From contig CBDCXL010000002.1 of NCBI GenBank assembly GCA_965223795.1, forward strand, positions 70,105 to 134,104: DNA of 64,000 nt, read 5' to 3'. Position numbers and translations under genes: made by a program. This document shows, in pieces, positions 18,816 to 28,566 of this stretch; the stretch's first letter is position 1, and every line of letters begins with the position of its first letter. The notes below the pieces were generated by a model. The model saw only the letters and a list, made by a program, of their open reading frames with translations. It searched no databases and was not told the origin of the DNA. The stretch comes from Nitrospinales bacterium. GTDB lineage: Bacteria > Nitrospinota > Nitrospinia > Nitrospinales > VA-1.

Positions 18816-19511
18816 GTGGAATCATACCGGTCAATTCAATTTCCCCGCGACGCCATGCCATCCCATCCCAACATCATAGACGAAACGCGCCGCCACGTCG
18901 AATCGCGGCTGGAGGGCGACGGTTCCGGCCACGACTGGTGGCACTGTTACCGTGTCTGGCAACTGGCCCGCACGATCGCCGACGCGGAAGGGGCGGACCG
19001 GACGGTGGTCGAACTGGGCGCGCTGCTGCACGACATCGCCGACTGGAAATTTCACGGCGGCGACGAGTCGGCGGGCCCGCGCGAAGCGAGGGCGTTTCTG
19101 GAACAGCACGCTGCGGAACCGGACACGGTCGATTCGGTGTGCGAGATCATCGCGACGGTGTCGTACAAGGGCGCGGGCGTGCCGACGCCGATGCGAACGC
19201 TGGAGGGCCAGGTGGTGCAGGACGCGGACCGGCTGGACGCCATCGGCGCGATGGGCATCGCGCGGGCGTTCGCCTACGGCGGCAACAGGGACCGGCTGAT
19301 GTACCATCCGGACGAGCCGCCTGTGATGCACCAGAGTTTCGAGGAATACAAGAAGAACAAGGGGCACACGATCAATCATTTTTACGAGAAGCTGCTGCTG
19401 CTCAAAGACCGGATGAACACCGCCACCGGCCGCTCGCTGGCGGAATCGCGGCACCGCTTCATGGAAGCCTATCTGCAACAGTTTTTCGAGGAATGGGATG
19501 GAAAACGCTGA
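18816..19511 (+). CDS. HD-domain phosphohydrolase
   Basis: GHDWWH...LLHDIADWKF...QDADRLDAIG. Confidence 0.8.
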   Translation: MESYRSIQFPRDAMPSHPNIIDETRRHVESRLEGDGSGHDWWHCYRVWQLARTIADAEGADRTVVELGALLHDIADWKFHGGDESAGPREARAFLEQHAAEPDTVDSVCEIIATVSYKGAGVPTPMRTLEGQVVQDADRLDAIGAMGIARAFAYGGNRDRLMYHPDEPPVMHQSFEEYKKNKGHTINHFYEKLLLLKDRMNTATGRSLAESRHRFMEAYLQQFFEEWDGKR

Positions 19512-20325
19512 ACGCATCGACGCCTGCGCCGCGCTTTTGCGCGAAGGCGGGAGGCTTCTGATATTGACCAGCGCCGGAATGAGCGCCGACTCGAACATTC
19601 CCACGTTCCGCGACAAGGACGGCTACTGGCGCAATTTCCCGCCGTTTCGGGAAAAGAACCTGGAAGCGCAGGACCTCGCCAGCCCGTGGGCTTTCCGCAA
19701 CGAGCTTCCGCATGCCTGGGCCTTTTACGAATGGCGGCGGCGCAACGCGGACGAAAACACGCCGCACGCGGGTTACGCGATCCTCAACACCTGGATGGAT
19801 GAAAACTTTGACGAGGGGTTCATCCACACCACCAACACGGACGGCTACCACCTGCGCTCGGGCAGCCCGGCGGACCGTGTGATGGAGGTGCACGGCTCTA
19901 TGTGGCGGCTGCAGTGCCTGGATGCGTGCTCGCACCGGTTCTGGGACGAGCCCGCGGTGCCGCTGTGCGACCTGGATCACGACACGATGCGCGCCTCGGG
20001 CTTTCCCAAATGCCGGCACTGCGGTTCGATCGCGCGGCCGCACATCCTCATGTTCGGCGACGGCGAATACGTGGGGCATCCTGAGCAGGAACGCAATTTC
20101 CAGGACTTCGCCGGACGCAGGATCGACCTGGTGCTTTTAATCGGCAGCTCCGGCTCGGTGCCGACGAACGATTACATCGCCTACCAGCTGCAGCAGCACG
20201 GCGCCAAGGTGATCAACATCAATCCGGACGCGGCGGCGAACTCCATCGTCGGCACGGAGTACTTCCTTCCCATGACCAGCAAGGCGGCGCTGGAGGCACT
20301 CCACCGCGCCGCGTTCGAAACCTGA
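19498..20325 (+). CDS. cobB: Sir2-family NAD-dependent protein deacylase
   Basis: TSAGMSADSNIPTFRD, HGSMW, a Zn ribbon C..C...C..C, and RPHILMFGD. Overlaps the HD gene by 14 nt. Confidence 0.85.
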   Translation: MENAERIDACAALLREGGRLLILTSAGMSADSNIPTFRDKDGYWRNFPPFREKNLEAQDLASPWAFRNELPHAWAFYEWRRRNADENTPHAGYAILNTWMDENFDEGFIHTTNTDGYHLRSGSPADRVMEVHGSMWRLQCLDACSHRFWDEPAVPLCDLDHDTMRASGFPKCRHCGSIARPHILMFGDGEYVGHPEQERNFQDFAGRRIDLVLLIGSSGSVPTNDYIAYQLQQHGAKVININPDAAANSIVGTEYFLPMTSKAALEALHRAAFET

Positions 20326-20330
20326 TCACA

Positions 20331-21320
20331 TCACTGCACCAAAACCAGTTTGCCCCAGTGCTCGTGCGCTTCCATCTCGCGGTGCGCGTCGGCGGCCTGC
20401 TGCAGGGGAAACTCCCGGTGCACGGGGATGACGACCTCGCCGGTTTCCACCAGCGGCAGCGCATCCCGCCAGGCGGACTGCAATGCTTCGGGGTCCGCCA
20501 GGTTGCGCAGAATGACGTAGCCGTGGATGCGGACCTGGTTGAACAACAAACCGGACGGGACGGTGAACTCGTTGCCGGCGAGCACGCCGTACAGGACGTA
20601 GGTGCCGTTGTAGTTCAACAGTTCGATCAGGGCGGTCGCGGTTTCGCCGCAGACGGGATCGAACACGTAGTCGATGCCCTTCTCGCCTGTCATGCGCACT
20701 ATTTTTTCCTTGAGCCGCGCGGGATCGGATTCGACGATCACTTCGGCGCCCAGCGCCTGAATGGACTTTTTCTTTTTTTCGGAGCGCGTCACGCCGATCG
20801 CGCGCAGGTTTTTCCGGCGCGCCAGTTGAATCGCGGCGATGCCGACCGCTCCCGTGCAGGCTGTGACGACGACGGTGCCGGATTCGGGCAGCGGCGAATG
20901 CGTGTGCATCGCATCGCAGGCGGTGAGCAGCGCGATGGGAAGCGCGGCGGCTTCGGGGAAATCGAGGTTTCTGGGAAACCGCAGCAGTTTCCCGCCCGGC
21001 ACCTTGATCTTTTCGGCATAGCAGCCCTGCCCCGCTTCCAGGTAAGCGGAGAAATCGCAGACCACCACACGGTCTCCGGGCGCGAGACCGTCGACGGCGG
21101 CGCCGGTTTTTTCAACCACTCCCGCGCCCTCGGCTCCCAGCACGAATCCCCCGCCAAGTTCCACCGGCCATTCTCCACGCCGGATCATCACTTCCGACCA
21201 GTTGAGCCCGGTGGCTTTGAGATCCACCAGCACGTCGTTGTCTCCCAATGACGGATCGGGCGTTTCCGCTGTCTCGAACACGCCCGGCCCGCCGGTTCGG
21301 CGAACCAAAACTGTTTTCAT
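20331..21320 (-). CDS. zinc-type alcohol dehydrogenase / NADPH:quinone oxidoreductase family
   Basis: MDR-family layout with a GroES-like N-terminus and a Rossmann segment ACTGAVGIAAIQLA. Confidence 0.85.
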   Translation of the reverse strand: MKTVLVRRTGGPGVFETAETPDPSLGDNDVLVDLKATGLNWSEVMIRRGEWPVELGGGFVLGAEGAGVVEKTGAAVDGLAPGDRVVVCDFSAYLEAGQGCYAEKIKVPGGKLLRFPRNLDFPEAAALPIALLTACDAMHTHSPLPESGTVVVTACTGAVGIAAIQLARRKNLRAIGVTRSEKKKKSIQALGAEVIVESDPARLKEKIVRMTGEKGIDYVFDPVCGETATALIELLNYNGTYVLYGVLAGNEFTVPSGLLFNQVRIHGYVILRNLADPEALQSAWRDALPLVETGEVVIPVHREFPLQQAADAHREMEAHEHWGKLVLVQ

Positions 21321-21512
21321 TTTTCCAGCACGATTTCGGCAGGGCTTTGGAACAGGAGGCCCCTGCCTCTATCCGCGGCCCAATTAATTTTGTATCCCCC
21401 GGAAAATATAGTATTCTGGCTGGAATTCCTAGTTTATTGTCCTTGCACCCTATTCATGAATTCAATCGAGTCTGCTATTTCCGACCGTACGATTACCTTT
21501 GGAGGAAGTCCA

Positions 21513-22151
21513 ATGCGGGTTGTGATGTTTTGTGTCGCGTTTCTTTTGACCGGATCGTTTTCCGCCTACGCCGCGTGCAGCAAAGAAGAAATCTGCGCGA
21601 TGATCGGAAAGCTGAACCACTTTGCCATTCTGGACAAATGCCCCAACGCCGGGCCCCATCTGGCGGACTGTAGAAAAGTATCCAATAAAACCGTAGAGGA
21701 ACTTCCTGAACCCAATTTTGTCGACAACGGCGACGGCACCGTGACGGACACGGTGAACAAGCTCTTGTGGCTGAAAAAAGGGATCACGGACAAGAAACTC
21801 AAGTTCAGGGACGCCAAAGCGGCGGCCAACCTGGCGGAAGAAGCGGGACGCACCGGCTGGCGGCTGCCGACGCTGCCGGAGCTGAAAACCCTGGTCTATA
21901 AAGAACGCGTGGTCAACGCCAGCGGCAAAAAAGCATGGATCAATCCGATGTTCGACGACGGCCTCGGTCATTATTACTGGACCACGACGACCTGCGCGGA
22001 GGTTTCCTACATCGTCGACCGTTACCAGAAAAAGATCTGCCAGGAAGGGGACAACGCGGCCTGGCTGGTGCACTTCAACATCAACGCCGTCTTCTGGTTC
22101 CACACGCACCAGGAAAAACCCTACATCTGGCTGGTGCAGAGCCTGGAATGA
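21513..22151 (+). CDS. secreted DUF1566 (Lcl C-terminal domain)-like protein
   Basis: Start moved to ATG 21513, which has a GGAGGA RBS. Signal peptide. DNGDGTVTD..LLWLKK and WRLPTLPELKTL motifs. Confidence 0.6.
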   Translation: MRVVMFCVAFLLTGSFSAYAACSKEEICAMIGKLNHFAILDKCPNAGPHLADCRKVSNKTVEELPEPNFVDNGDGTVTDTVNKLLWLKKGITDKKLKFRDAKAAANLAEEAGRTGWRLPTLPELKTLVYKERVVNASGKKAWINPMFDDGLGHYYWTTTTCAEVSYIVDRYQKKICQEGDNAAWLVHFNINAVFWFHTHQEKPYIWLVQSLE

Positions 22152-22422
22152 CTCCGGCCCGACGGTTTCCCGCCCGGCTCCGCCGCGCTCACGGGAGTCC
22201 GGATATTCTCAACTTATCACGCAAACCTGGACATTCTGTCGATAGGCTGACCGGGCGTTTCCGGTCCGCGCATGGGCGGTGAACTCCGCTCGGACGTACG
22301 CGTTTCTCCGTCCGTGAAGCCCCTCCGCAAAGAATTTTCGAATCCAAAGGGGATGGAAACCATCATCAATCAGACGCTCTCGCAAGGACGCACGCTGCCC
22401 CCTCAGAAAAGGAACCGCCGCA

Positions 22423-22650
22423 ATGATCAAGCTGGAAGGTGAAATCACGGAAATCAACTCTCCCCCCAACAAAGCCGACCAGTTCCGCGAGGTCATCATC
22501 TGGCTGTCGCAGGCGGAAGAGCACGTGGAGTTCACGGTGACGCTGGAGGAGTTCAAGACCGCGGACTTCAAGACCGGGGACAAGGTTTCTCTTTCCATCG
22601 AGAAAAAGCTGGACATCGATTCTCTCACCCGCGACCTGCTCAACATGTGA
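22423..22650 (+). CDS. hypothetical small protein (75 aa)
   Basis: ORF with host-like composition in an otherwise empty gap. Weak RBS and no recognisable motif. Confidence 0.35.
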   Translation: MIKLEGEITEINSPPNKADQFREVIIWLSQAEEHVEFTVTLEEFKTADFKTGDKVSLSIEKKLDIDSLTRDLLNM

Positions 22651-22740
22651 CCGCGCGGCCCCCGTCTGCCTGACGCCAACCCAACATAAAAATACATTGA
22701 CGGATCGAGGCATTGCCGTTGCGTGACACCGTATCGGCCG

Positions 22741-23988
22741 CTAGCGTTTTTTTCGAATCGCGGGCGCGCGGCCGGCGGTGTCGAGTGCATTTTCGCGCTG
22801 GATTTTTTCAAGACGCTCGAGCGCCTGTTCGGCTTTTTCCGGTCTTCGGGTTTTGCGGTACAGGTTCGCGAGGTTGTTGAGCGATATCCGGATATTGGGG
22901 TGAGCGGGGTCGAGGGATTTTTCCCAGATTCCCAGGGCCTGCCGGTAGAGGTCCTCGGCTTTATCGTAGTCGCCCTTCACGTCGAACAGCCCCGCCAGGT
23001 TGTTGAGCGCGGTGGCCACGGCCGGGTGCCGGGCTCCCAGCGAGGACTGCTTGATCTTGAGCGAATGCTTGAGGATGGGTTCCGCCTGGGCGTAGTAGCC
23101 GCGCTTGCGGTACAGCTCTCCCAGGTTGTTGAGCGTGGCGGCCATGCGGGGATGTTCGTTTCCCAGAGACTGCCGCTGGATGCGGATCGCCCGCAGATAC
23201 ATGAGTTCCGCCTTGGTGTCGTCCTGCATCTTCACGTACAGCCGGGCCAGCTGGTTGAGGGACGCCGCCACGTCGGCATGGTTCTCTCCGTGATGGTCTT
23301 CGCGAATCCGCAGCGCTTTGAGGTAAAGCCGCTCGGCCTTAACCTGATCGCCCATTTGGGCATGATACGCCGCGAGCTGGTCGAGCGCGCCGGCCAGTTC
23401 CAGCGAACCCGCCCCCTGCTGCTCTTCGAAGATCGCCTGGGACCGCGCGAGCAGCGGCTCGACCTGCTTGTATTGCTCAAGCCGCATGTGGAGCCGCGCC
23501 AGATCATTGAGACCGCGGGCGACATTGAGGTGATCCGGCCCGAGTGTCTGCTCCCAGATTTTCAGCGATTGCTTGTAGAAGGTTTCGGCGCGCCTCAGCT
23601 GGCCGGTGGTGCGGTAAAAATCCCCCAGACGGTTCAGCGAGCCGGCGGTCAGGGCGTGTTTCTTTCCCAGGTGCTTTTCACGGATTCTCAGGCCCTTGAC
23701 CAGAAGCCCCTCGGCCTTGGGATAGTGGCCGGCGCTAATGAAAAGATCGGCCAGCGTGTTCATGGCCTCCACGGTTTCGGGGCTGCCGTCGCCGAAGGCT
23801 TTTTTGCGGTCGCGCACCCTAAGCTCGGCCAGCGGGATGGCCTTCAGGTATTTGCCCTGGCCGGACAGGACGGCGATCTGTTTTGCGAGCAGGTCCCGCT
23901 CCTGTCCCCAGGCCGGGGCGCACACACACCCCAGCAGCACAGGCACGATGAGCGAACGTACCCAGAAGCCCGGTCGTGTCTTCAGCAT
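22741..23988 (-). CDS. secreted tetratricopeptide-repeat protein (TPR_12-type repeats)
   Basis: Signal peptide. About 8 repeats of the form A.SLN.LA.LY...G.Y..AE.L.. Confidence 0.85.
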   Translation of the reverse strand: MLKTRPGFWVRSLIVPVLLGCVCAPAWGQERDLLAKQIAVLSGQGKYLKAIPLAELRVRDRKKAFGDGSPETVEAMNTLADLFISAGHYPKAEGLLVKGLRIREKHLGKKHALTAGSLNRLGDFYRTTGQLRRAETFYKQSLKIWEQTLGPDHLNVARGLNDLARLHMRLEQYKQVEPLLARSQAIFEEQQGAGSLELAGALDQLAAYHAQMGDQVKAERLYLKALRIREDHHGENHADVAASLNQLARLYVKMQDDTKAELMYLRAIRIQRQSLGNEHPRMAATLNNLGELYRKRGYYAQAEPILKHSLKIKQSSLGARHPAVATALNNLAGLFDVKGDYDKAEDLYRQALGIWEKSLDPAHPNIRISLNNLANLYRKTRRPEKAEQALERLEKIQRENALDTAGRAPAIRKKR

Positions 23989-24349
23989 GACTCCTCCCCC
24001 GTTGTTTCGTTGTTTTTATAAAACCGGCCCGCTCCGCGTTCGGCACCCGCCCGCGGCGCAATCGGGCCTTTCGTCTCCTCTTATCTGATCGGCCAAAAAG
24101 CCGTAAAGTTCACCTTCATTTTCCGGGCAACGTCCAGGAAACCCGTTTCCCCGCCACGGGCTCCCCTCCCCGGCTCTCGCGCCCGGCTCCGGCTGACAAT
24201 CTTTTGTCGCGGAGTGACGCGAATCGTCAAAATTCAACCACTTGAAATCGCCATGCCGGATTTCAGGCGCCGCCGCGCTAAACCGGAAACCCCTTATTTC
24301 ACAGGCACTTCCCTCACTCTCGCGGTAAAACCTGCTTTTTCAACGATTT

Positions 24350-24365
24350 GGGCACACTCTTTGCA
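24350..24365 (+). promoter_or_regulatory. candidate sigma-54 (-24/-12) promoter
   Basis: gGGCAC-ACTCT-TTGCA against consensus TGGCAC-N5-TTGCW (one mismatch). It lies ~150 nt upstream of the 24515 ORF. Confidence 0.45.
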
Positions 24366-24514
24366 GTTACAATGAGCATCAACCGAACATTCGAACAGAC
24401 AATTGGACCGATGCAGGATGGGTCTTAGGGGGATGGGAAGGGGCGCTGCGCCCTAAACGCCTCCCGCGGAGGCACCGCTCCGCCCGGCCCTCTCCAGCAA
24501 CCCAGGAGGCCGCG

Positions 24515-24715
24515 ATGGATTTCATGAATTCTCTGGTTCTCACCTACGCTTTCATCCTGTTCGCCTTCGGCCTCGCTTTCATCTACCAGGCGCTGGCGAA
24601 CTGGCTGCGCGAAAAACTGAAAGCGGAGACCCGGCCGCCGCTCGCTCCGGCTTCTGCAACGAAAACCTACCGGCTGATCCGTATCGCGGACGAAACAAAG
24701 CGGCGGGCTTCCTGA
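24515..24715 (+). CDS. hypothetical small single-pass membrane protein (66 aa)
   Basis: AGGAGG 5 nt upstream of the ATG. One hydrophobic helix (SLVLTYAFILFAFGLAFIYQALA) and a basic tail. Confidence 0.45.
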   Translation: MDFMNSLVLTYAFILFAFGLAFIYQALANWLREKLKAETRPPLAPASATKTYRLIRIADETKRRAS

Positions 24716-25108
24716 CGGTCCCCCGGCTTTTTCCTGCTGCATTCGTTCAGCGTTCTTGAGAATTCAAGATTTATCCTTTTTCCCTCCTTTTTCTCCTGCC
24801 CGCGTACCGTTCAACTTACTACAAAAAATTGTACGCGCTCACTCAATTTCACCGGCTCTCGAAAGCCCTTTAATCGTCGGCGCTTCACGCTTCGCTGCGC
24901 AGCGGTGCGGAATGCGCTCCGCGTTTTCGGGTTCGCAAAGCACGCCGCGGGACTGCCTTTCACCATGCAGGCGCGGGGCGGCTGCGCCCGGCAACCCCCG
25001 GCGGCTGGCCTTGAGCGGCCGCGCGCCCGATGCGCGGATCGAATAAGAGGATGATTTTGCCAGCGGACTTCAGTATGATGCGGACTACGCAACCTGGGAC
25101 GATGAATC

Positions 25109-25633
25109 ATGGACAACTGGTACATGCTCACGCTGGTGGGACGGGATCAACCGGGCATCGTGGCCCGTCTGAGCACCGCATTGTGCAAGGGCGGCTGCAA
25201 CCTGGGCGAATCGTCGATGGCCCGGCTGGGCGATAATTTTTCCATCATGCTGATGGCCCAGTTCGGCGGCAACGCCGACGCACTCAGAGAGATCGTCACG
25301 CCGGTGGCCGGGGAGCTGAAGCTGCACCACCACGTGGATGAAGTCGAAGGCGGGCACCACCACGCGATCCAGCCCAACGTGCGCATCAGCGTTTACGGCT
25401 CCGACCGGCCGGGCATCATGGAAGCGGTGACCGGCGCGCTGGCGGAAGCGGGGCTCAACATCCTGAACCTGGATTCCAACATCGGCGTCGAAAACCAGAC
25501 CTCCACCTATTACATCCACATCGAAGGGGTGGTGTCCGGCGGTGTGGAGCCGTTGTACGGCGTGCTGGACAAGCTGTCCGAGGAAAAAAACCTGCAGACG
25601 CAGCTGGTTCCCGTGGACACGCTGCTGGGCTGA
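25109..25633 (+). CDS. tandem ACT-domain protein (GcvR-like)
   Basis: Two ACT repeats: LVGRDQPGIVARLSTAL and VYGSDRPGIMEAVTGALAEAGLNI. Confidence 0.8.
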   Translation: MDNWYMLTLVGRDQPGIVARLSTALCKGGCNLGESSMARLGDNFSIMLMAQFGGNADALREIVTPVAGELKLHHHVDEVEGGHHHAIQPNVRISVYGSDRPGIMEAVTGALAEAGLNILNLDSNIGVENQTSTYYIHIEGVVSGGVEPLYGVLDKLSEEKNLQTQLVPVDTLLG

Positions 25634-25848
25634 GCCCGAACAGCCCCTTCCCTCATTCCCAATCCTCCGGGTAAGAAAAATCCCTATCTTTTCAATAAAT
25701 TATCAACATTTTACTGAATTTATGATAAATTATTGAAATTGAGAGTGTTTTTAACTCCTTCTGATGTTTTTTGCCCGCACCCTCTGAAATTTCTGAAGGC
25801 AATCCTGCCATGAACCGATCGCGACCGATCACGCCGAATTGAACCTCC

Positions 25849-27405
25849 ATGATGAAACGAAATCCGTACAAACCGTTTTGGGCTGTCTCTTTCGTTCTGT
25901 TGCTGGGGTCGGGGTGCTCCCACCTGCCGCCGCACCTGCAATGGCCCTTCAACAGCGATAAGGACTCCCAGGAACCGGTCACCCAGAAAGAAGAAACCAG
26001 CAACAACTTCGCCTACCTGGAACCGCATTCGGGTCCGGGGTTCGACGATGTGGAACCCTGGGACAGCTCAGTGCAGGTGGAGGAAGCGCCTGTCGCGGAA
26101 ACGCCCGACATCGACGACAGCGAGATCGCGGCGGGCCCCGTTGAAGAAGAACCGGAAACGCTGGCGGAACCCGTCCCTGAAGAGGGACCGGAAATTCAGG
26201 AAGCGCGGCTGAATCACAATGTCGCGATGGAGCACATTTTCGCCGATAAGTACGACAAAGCCCTCGAACCGCTGGAGCGGGCGCTCAAACTGGATCCGGA
26301 CGACCCGCGTTTCCACTACAGCTACGGGCTGGTCTACCAGAAGCTGGGCAGGCATCAGGAGGCGGCGCGGGAATTTGAGGCCTCGACCGCGCGCGACCCC
26401 GAGTTCTGGCAGGCGCACAACCGGCTGGGAGCGGTGTACGCCAAACTGGGCAAGCCCGATGAGGCGATCCGGCACCTGGAGCGCGGAATTTCGATCCATC
26501 CGGATTTTGCGGACGCGCATTATCAGCTCGGGGCGCTGTACGAAAAGAAACAGAAATATGCAACCAGCGTGTCGCACTACGAAAAAGCGGCGGCGCTCGA
26601 TCCGCAAAATCAGTTGTACTTTTATGAAATCGGGCAAAACTACCTCAAGCTGAACAAAAAGAAAAAAGCCATCGCCGCCTTCGCGCAGACCGCCCGCATC
26701 CATCCGGATTACCGGGACGTGAACTATCAACTGGGCAAACTGCACGCGGAAGAAAAGGATCACGACAAGGCGGTGCAATACCTCTCCAAGGCGGTGAAGC
26801 AGAACCCGAAGGAAGAGGAGGCGTATTTTCTGCTGCACAACGCCTACTGGGAGAAAAAGCAGTTCGATGAATCCATCGACACGCTCAAGCAGCTGATCAA
26901 GAAGAACCCCAAGCTGGAACAGCCTTATTACGCGCTGGGTCAGGCTTACCTCATTCTGAAGCGCAACAACGATGCCATCGAGCCGTTCCGCAAGCTCATC
27001 AAACTCAACCCGGACAGCTTCGAAGCGCACAACAGCCTGGGCTCGATCTTCGAGAAATCCAAATCCCCGAAGCTGGCGATGGTGCACTTCAAGGAAGCGG
27101 TGCGGATCAACCCGAAGAACCCGCTGGCCCATTTCAACCTCGGCCTGTCTTACGTGGACCTGAACAAGAGCAGGGAAGCGATGGAGCATTTCAAGGCGGT
27201 CACGAAACTGGACCCGGAATTCGCGCAGGCGCACTGGAGCCTGGCGCTGCTTTACGACAACATCGGCGACGGCGGCAACGCGATCTTCCACTCGAAGCGG
27301 GCGGAGAACCTGTTCAAGGAAAAATACGAGATTAAAAAGTCGAAAACCGCGGCGAAGTTTTCCGATTCCCTGATCAAAAAATACAAAAAAAGAGCGAAAA
27401 AATGA
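25849..27405 (+). CDS. TPR-repeat lipoprotein
   Basis: Lipobox LLGSGC. More than 10 TPR units of the form A...Y..A..L.P....A...LG. Confidence 0.85.
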   Translation: MMKRNPYKPFWAVSFVLLLGSGCSHLPPHLQWPFNSDKDSQEPVTQKEETSNNFAYLEPHSGPGFDDVEPWDSSVQVEEAPVAETPDIDDSEIAAGPVEEEPETLAEPVPEEGPEIQEARLNHNVAMEHIFADKYDKALEPLERALKLDPDDPRFHYSYGLVYQKLGRHQEAAREFEASTARDPEFWQAHNRLGAVYAKLGKPDEAIRHLERGISIHPDFADAHYQLGALYEKKQKYATSVSHYEKAAALDPQNQLYFYEIGQNYLKLNKKKKAIAAFAQTARIHPDYRDVNYQLGKLHAEEKDHDKAVQYLSKAVKQNPKEEEAYFLLHNAYWEKKQFDESIDTLKQLIKKNPKLEQPYYALGQAYLILKRNNDAIEPFRKLIKLNPDSFEAHNSLGSIFEKSKSPKLAMVHFKEAVRINPKNPLAHFNLGLSYVDLNKSREAMEHFKAVTKLDPEFAQAHWSLALLYDNIGDGGNAIFHSKRAENLFKEKYEIKKSKTAAKFSDSLIKKYKKRAKK

Positions 27406-27463
27406 CGGTTCGCGGCCTTCACGCTTTTGCACCGGACGCGGCGCCCGCCGCACCCCAGGTTTC

Positions 27464-28495
27464 GTGACCGGCCTCAAACAACTGGGCGAGACGGGCCTGA
27501 TCGAGCGGCTGCGTTCACGCCTGTCTTCCGGCACCGGACGCCTGACGCTGGGGATCGGCGACGACTGCGCCGCCTACGCCGCCAAACCTGGAAACCTGCA
27601 GCTCATCTCCACAGACGCTCTGATCGAGAACGTTCATTTTGATCTTAAGCACGCGCCGCCGCACGCGCTGGGACGCAAATCCATCGCCGTCAATGTGAGC
27701 GACATCGCGGCGATGGGCGGGACGCCGGTGCTGGCGGTGATTTCCCTGGGCATCCCGAAGACGCTTTCGGTCTCTTTTCTCGACGCTCTGTATCAAGGAA
27801 TCGATTCCTCTCTTAAAGAACACGGCCTGGATCTGGCGGGCGGGGACACGGTGGCCTCGCCGAAACACCTGTTCATCAATGTGACGATCGTGGGCGAGGT
27901 CCGCAAAAACCGCATGGTCCCGCGGGACGGAGCGAAGCCCGGAGACGCGGTGTGGGTGACGGGGTATCCGGGGGAGTCCGCCCTGGGGCTCAAAATCCTG
28001 CAGTCGAAGCGGAAAAAGTGGCTGGGCCTGAAAAAGCACCGCGAGCGGATGATCCAGGCGCATCTCGATCCCACGCCCCGGCTCGCGGAAACGCAGAAGC
28101 TGCTGAAGTCCGGCGTGCGCCCCACGGCCATGATGGATGTCAGCGACGGGCTGGCGCAGGACCTCCACCGGATCTGCGACGCCTCCGGTGCGGGGGCGCT
28201 CATCCGTGAGCCGGATCTGCCGCAATCCGCCGCCATGCAGGCGGTGTGCGCGAAAAACCGCTTGAATATCCGGGAGTTGATTTTGTCCGGCGGGGAGGAC
28301 TATGAAATCCTGTTTACAACCAGGACGCAAGATGTTAGAAGAGTAAAGAGGCAGTTTCACAACGCCTTAACGCCTGTAACACTCATTGGGGAAGTGACTT
28401 CCCGGTCTGGAAACGTCCTTCTCGAAAGCGGCCGCGCAGAGCAGACACTCCTTCGCAGGTCGATGGGATTTCAGCATTTTCAACCCGGCAAATGA
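27464..28495 (+). CDS. thiL: thiamine-monophosphate kinase
   Basis: GDDCAAY, LISTDALIENVHF, and the AIR-synthase-like fold order. GTG start. Confidence 0.9.
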   Translation: MTGLKQLGETGLIERLRSRLSSGTGRLTLGIGDDCAAYAAKPGNLQLISTDALIENVHFDLKHAPPHALGRKSIAVNVSDIAAMGGTPVLAVISLGIPKTLSVSFLDALYQGIDSSLKEHGLDLAGGDTVASPKHLFINVTIVGEVRKNRMVPRDGAKPGDAVWVTGYPGESALGLKILQSKRKKWLGLKKHRERMIQAHLDPTPRLAETQKLLKSGVRPTAMMDVSDGLAQDLHRICDASGAGALIREPDLPQSAAMQAVCAKNRLNIRELILSGGEDYEILFTTRTQDVRRVKRQFHNALTPVTLIGEVTSRSGNVLLESGRAEQTLLRRSMGFQHFQPGK

Positions 28496-28566
28496 ACCGG
28501 GGAATCCCGATGACCGGACTGCCGGATTGATTCGCCGGAGGAGGCGGCCATACAGGCACAGGCAAT

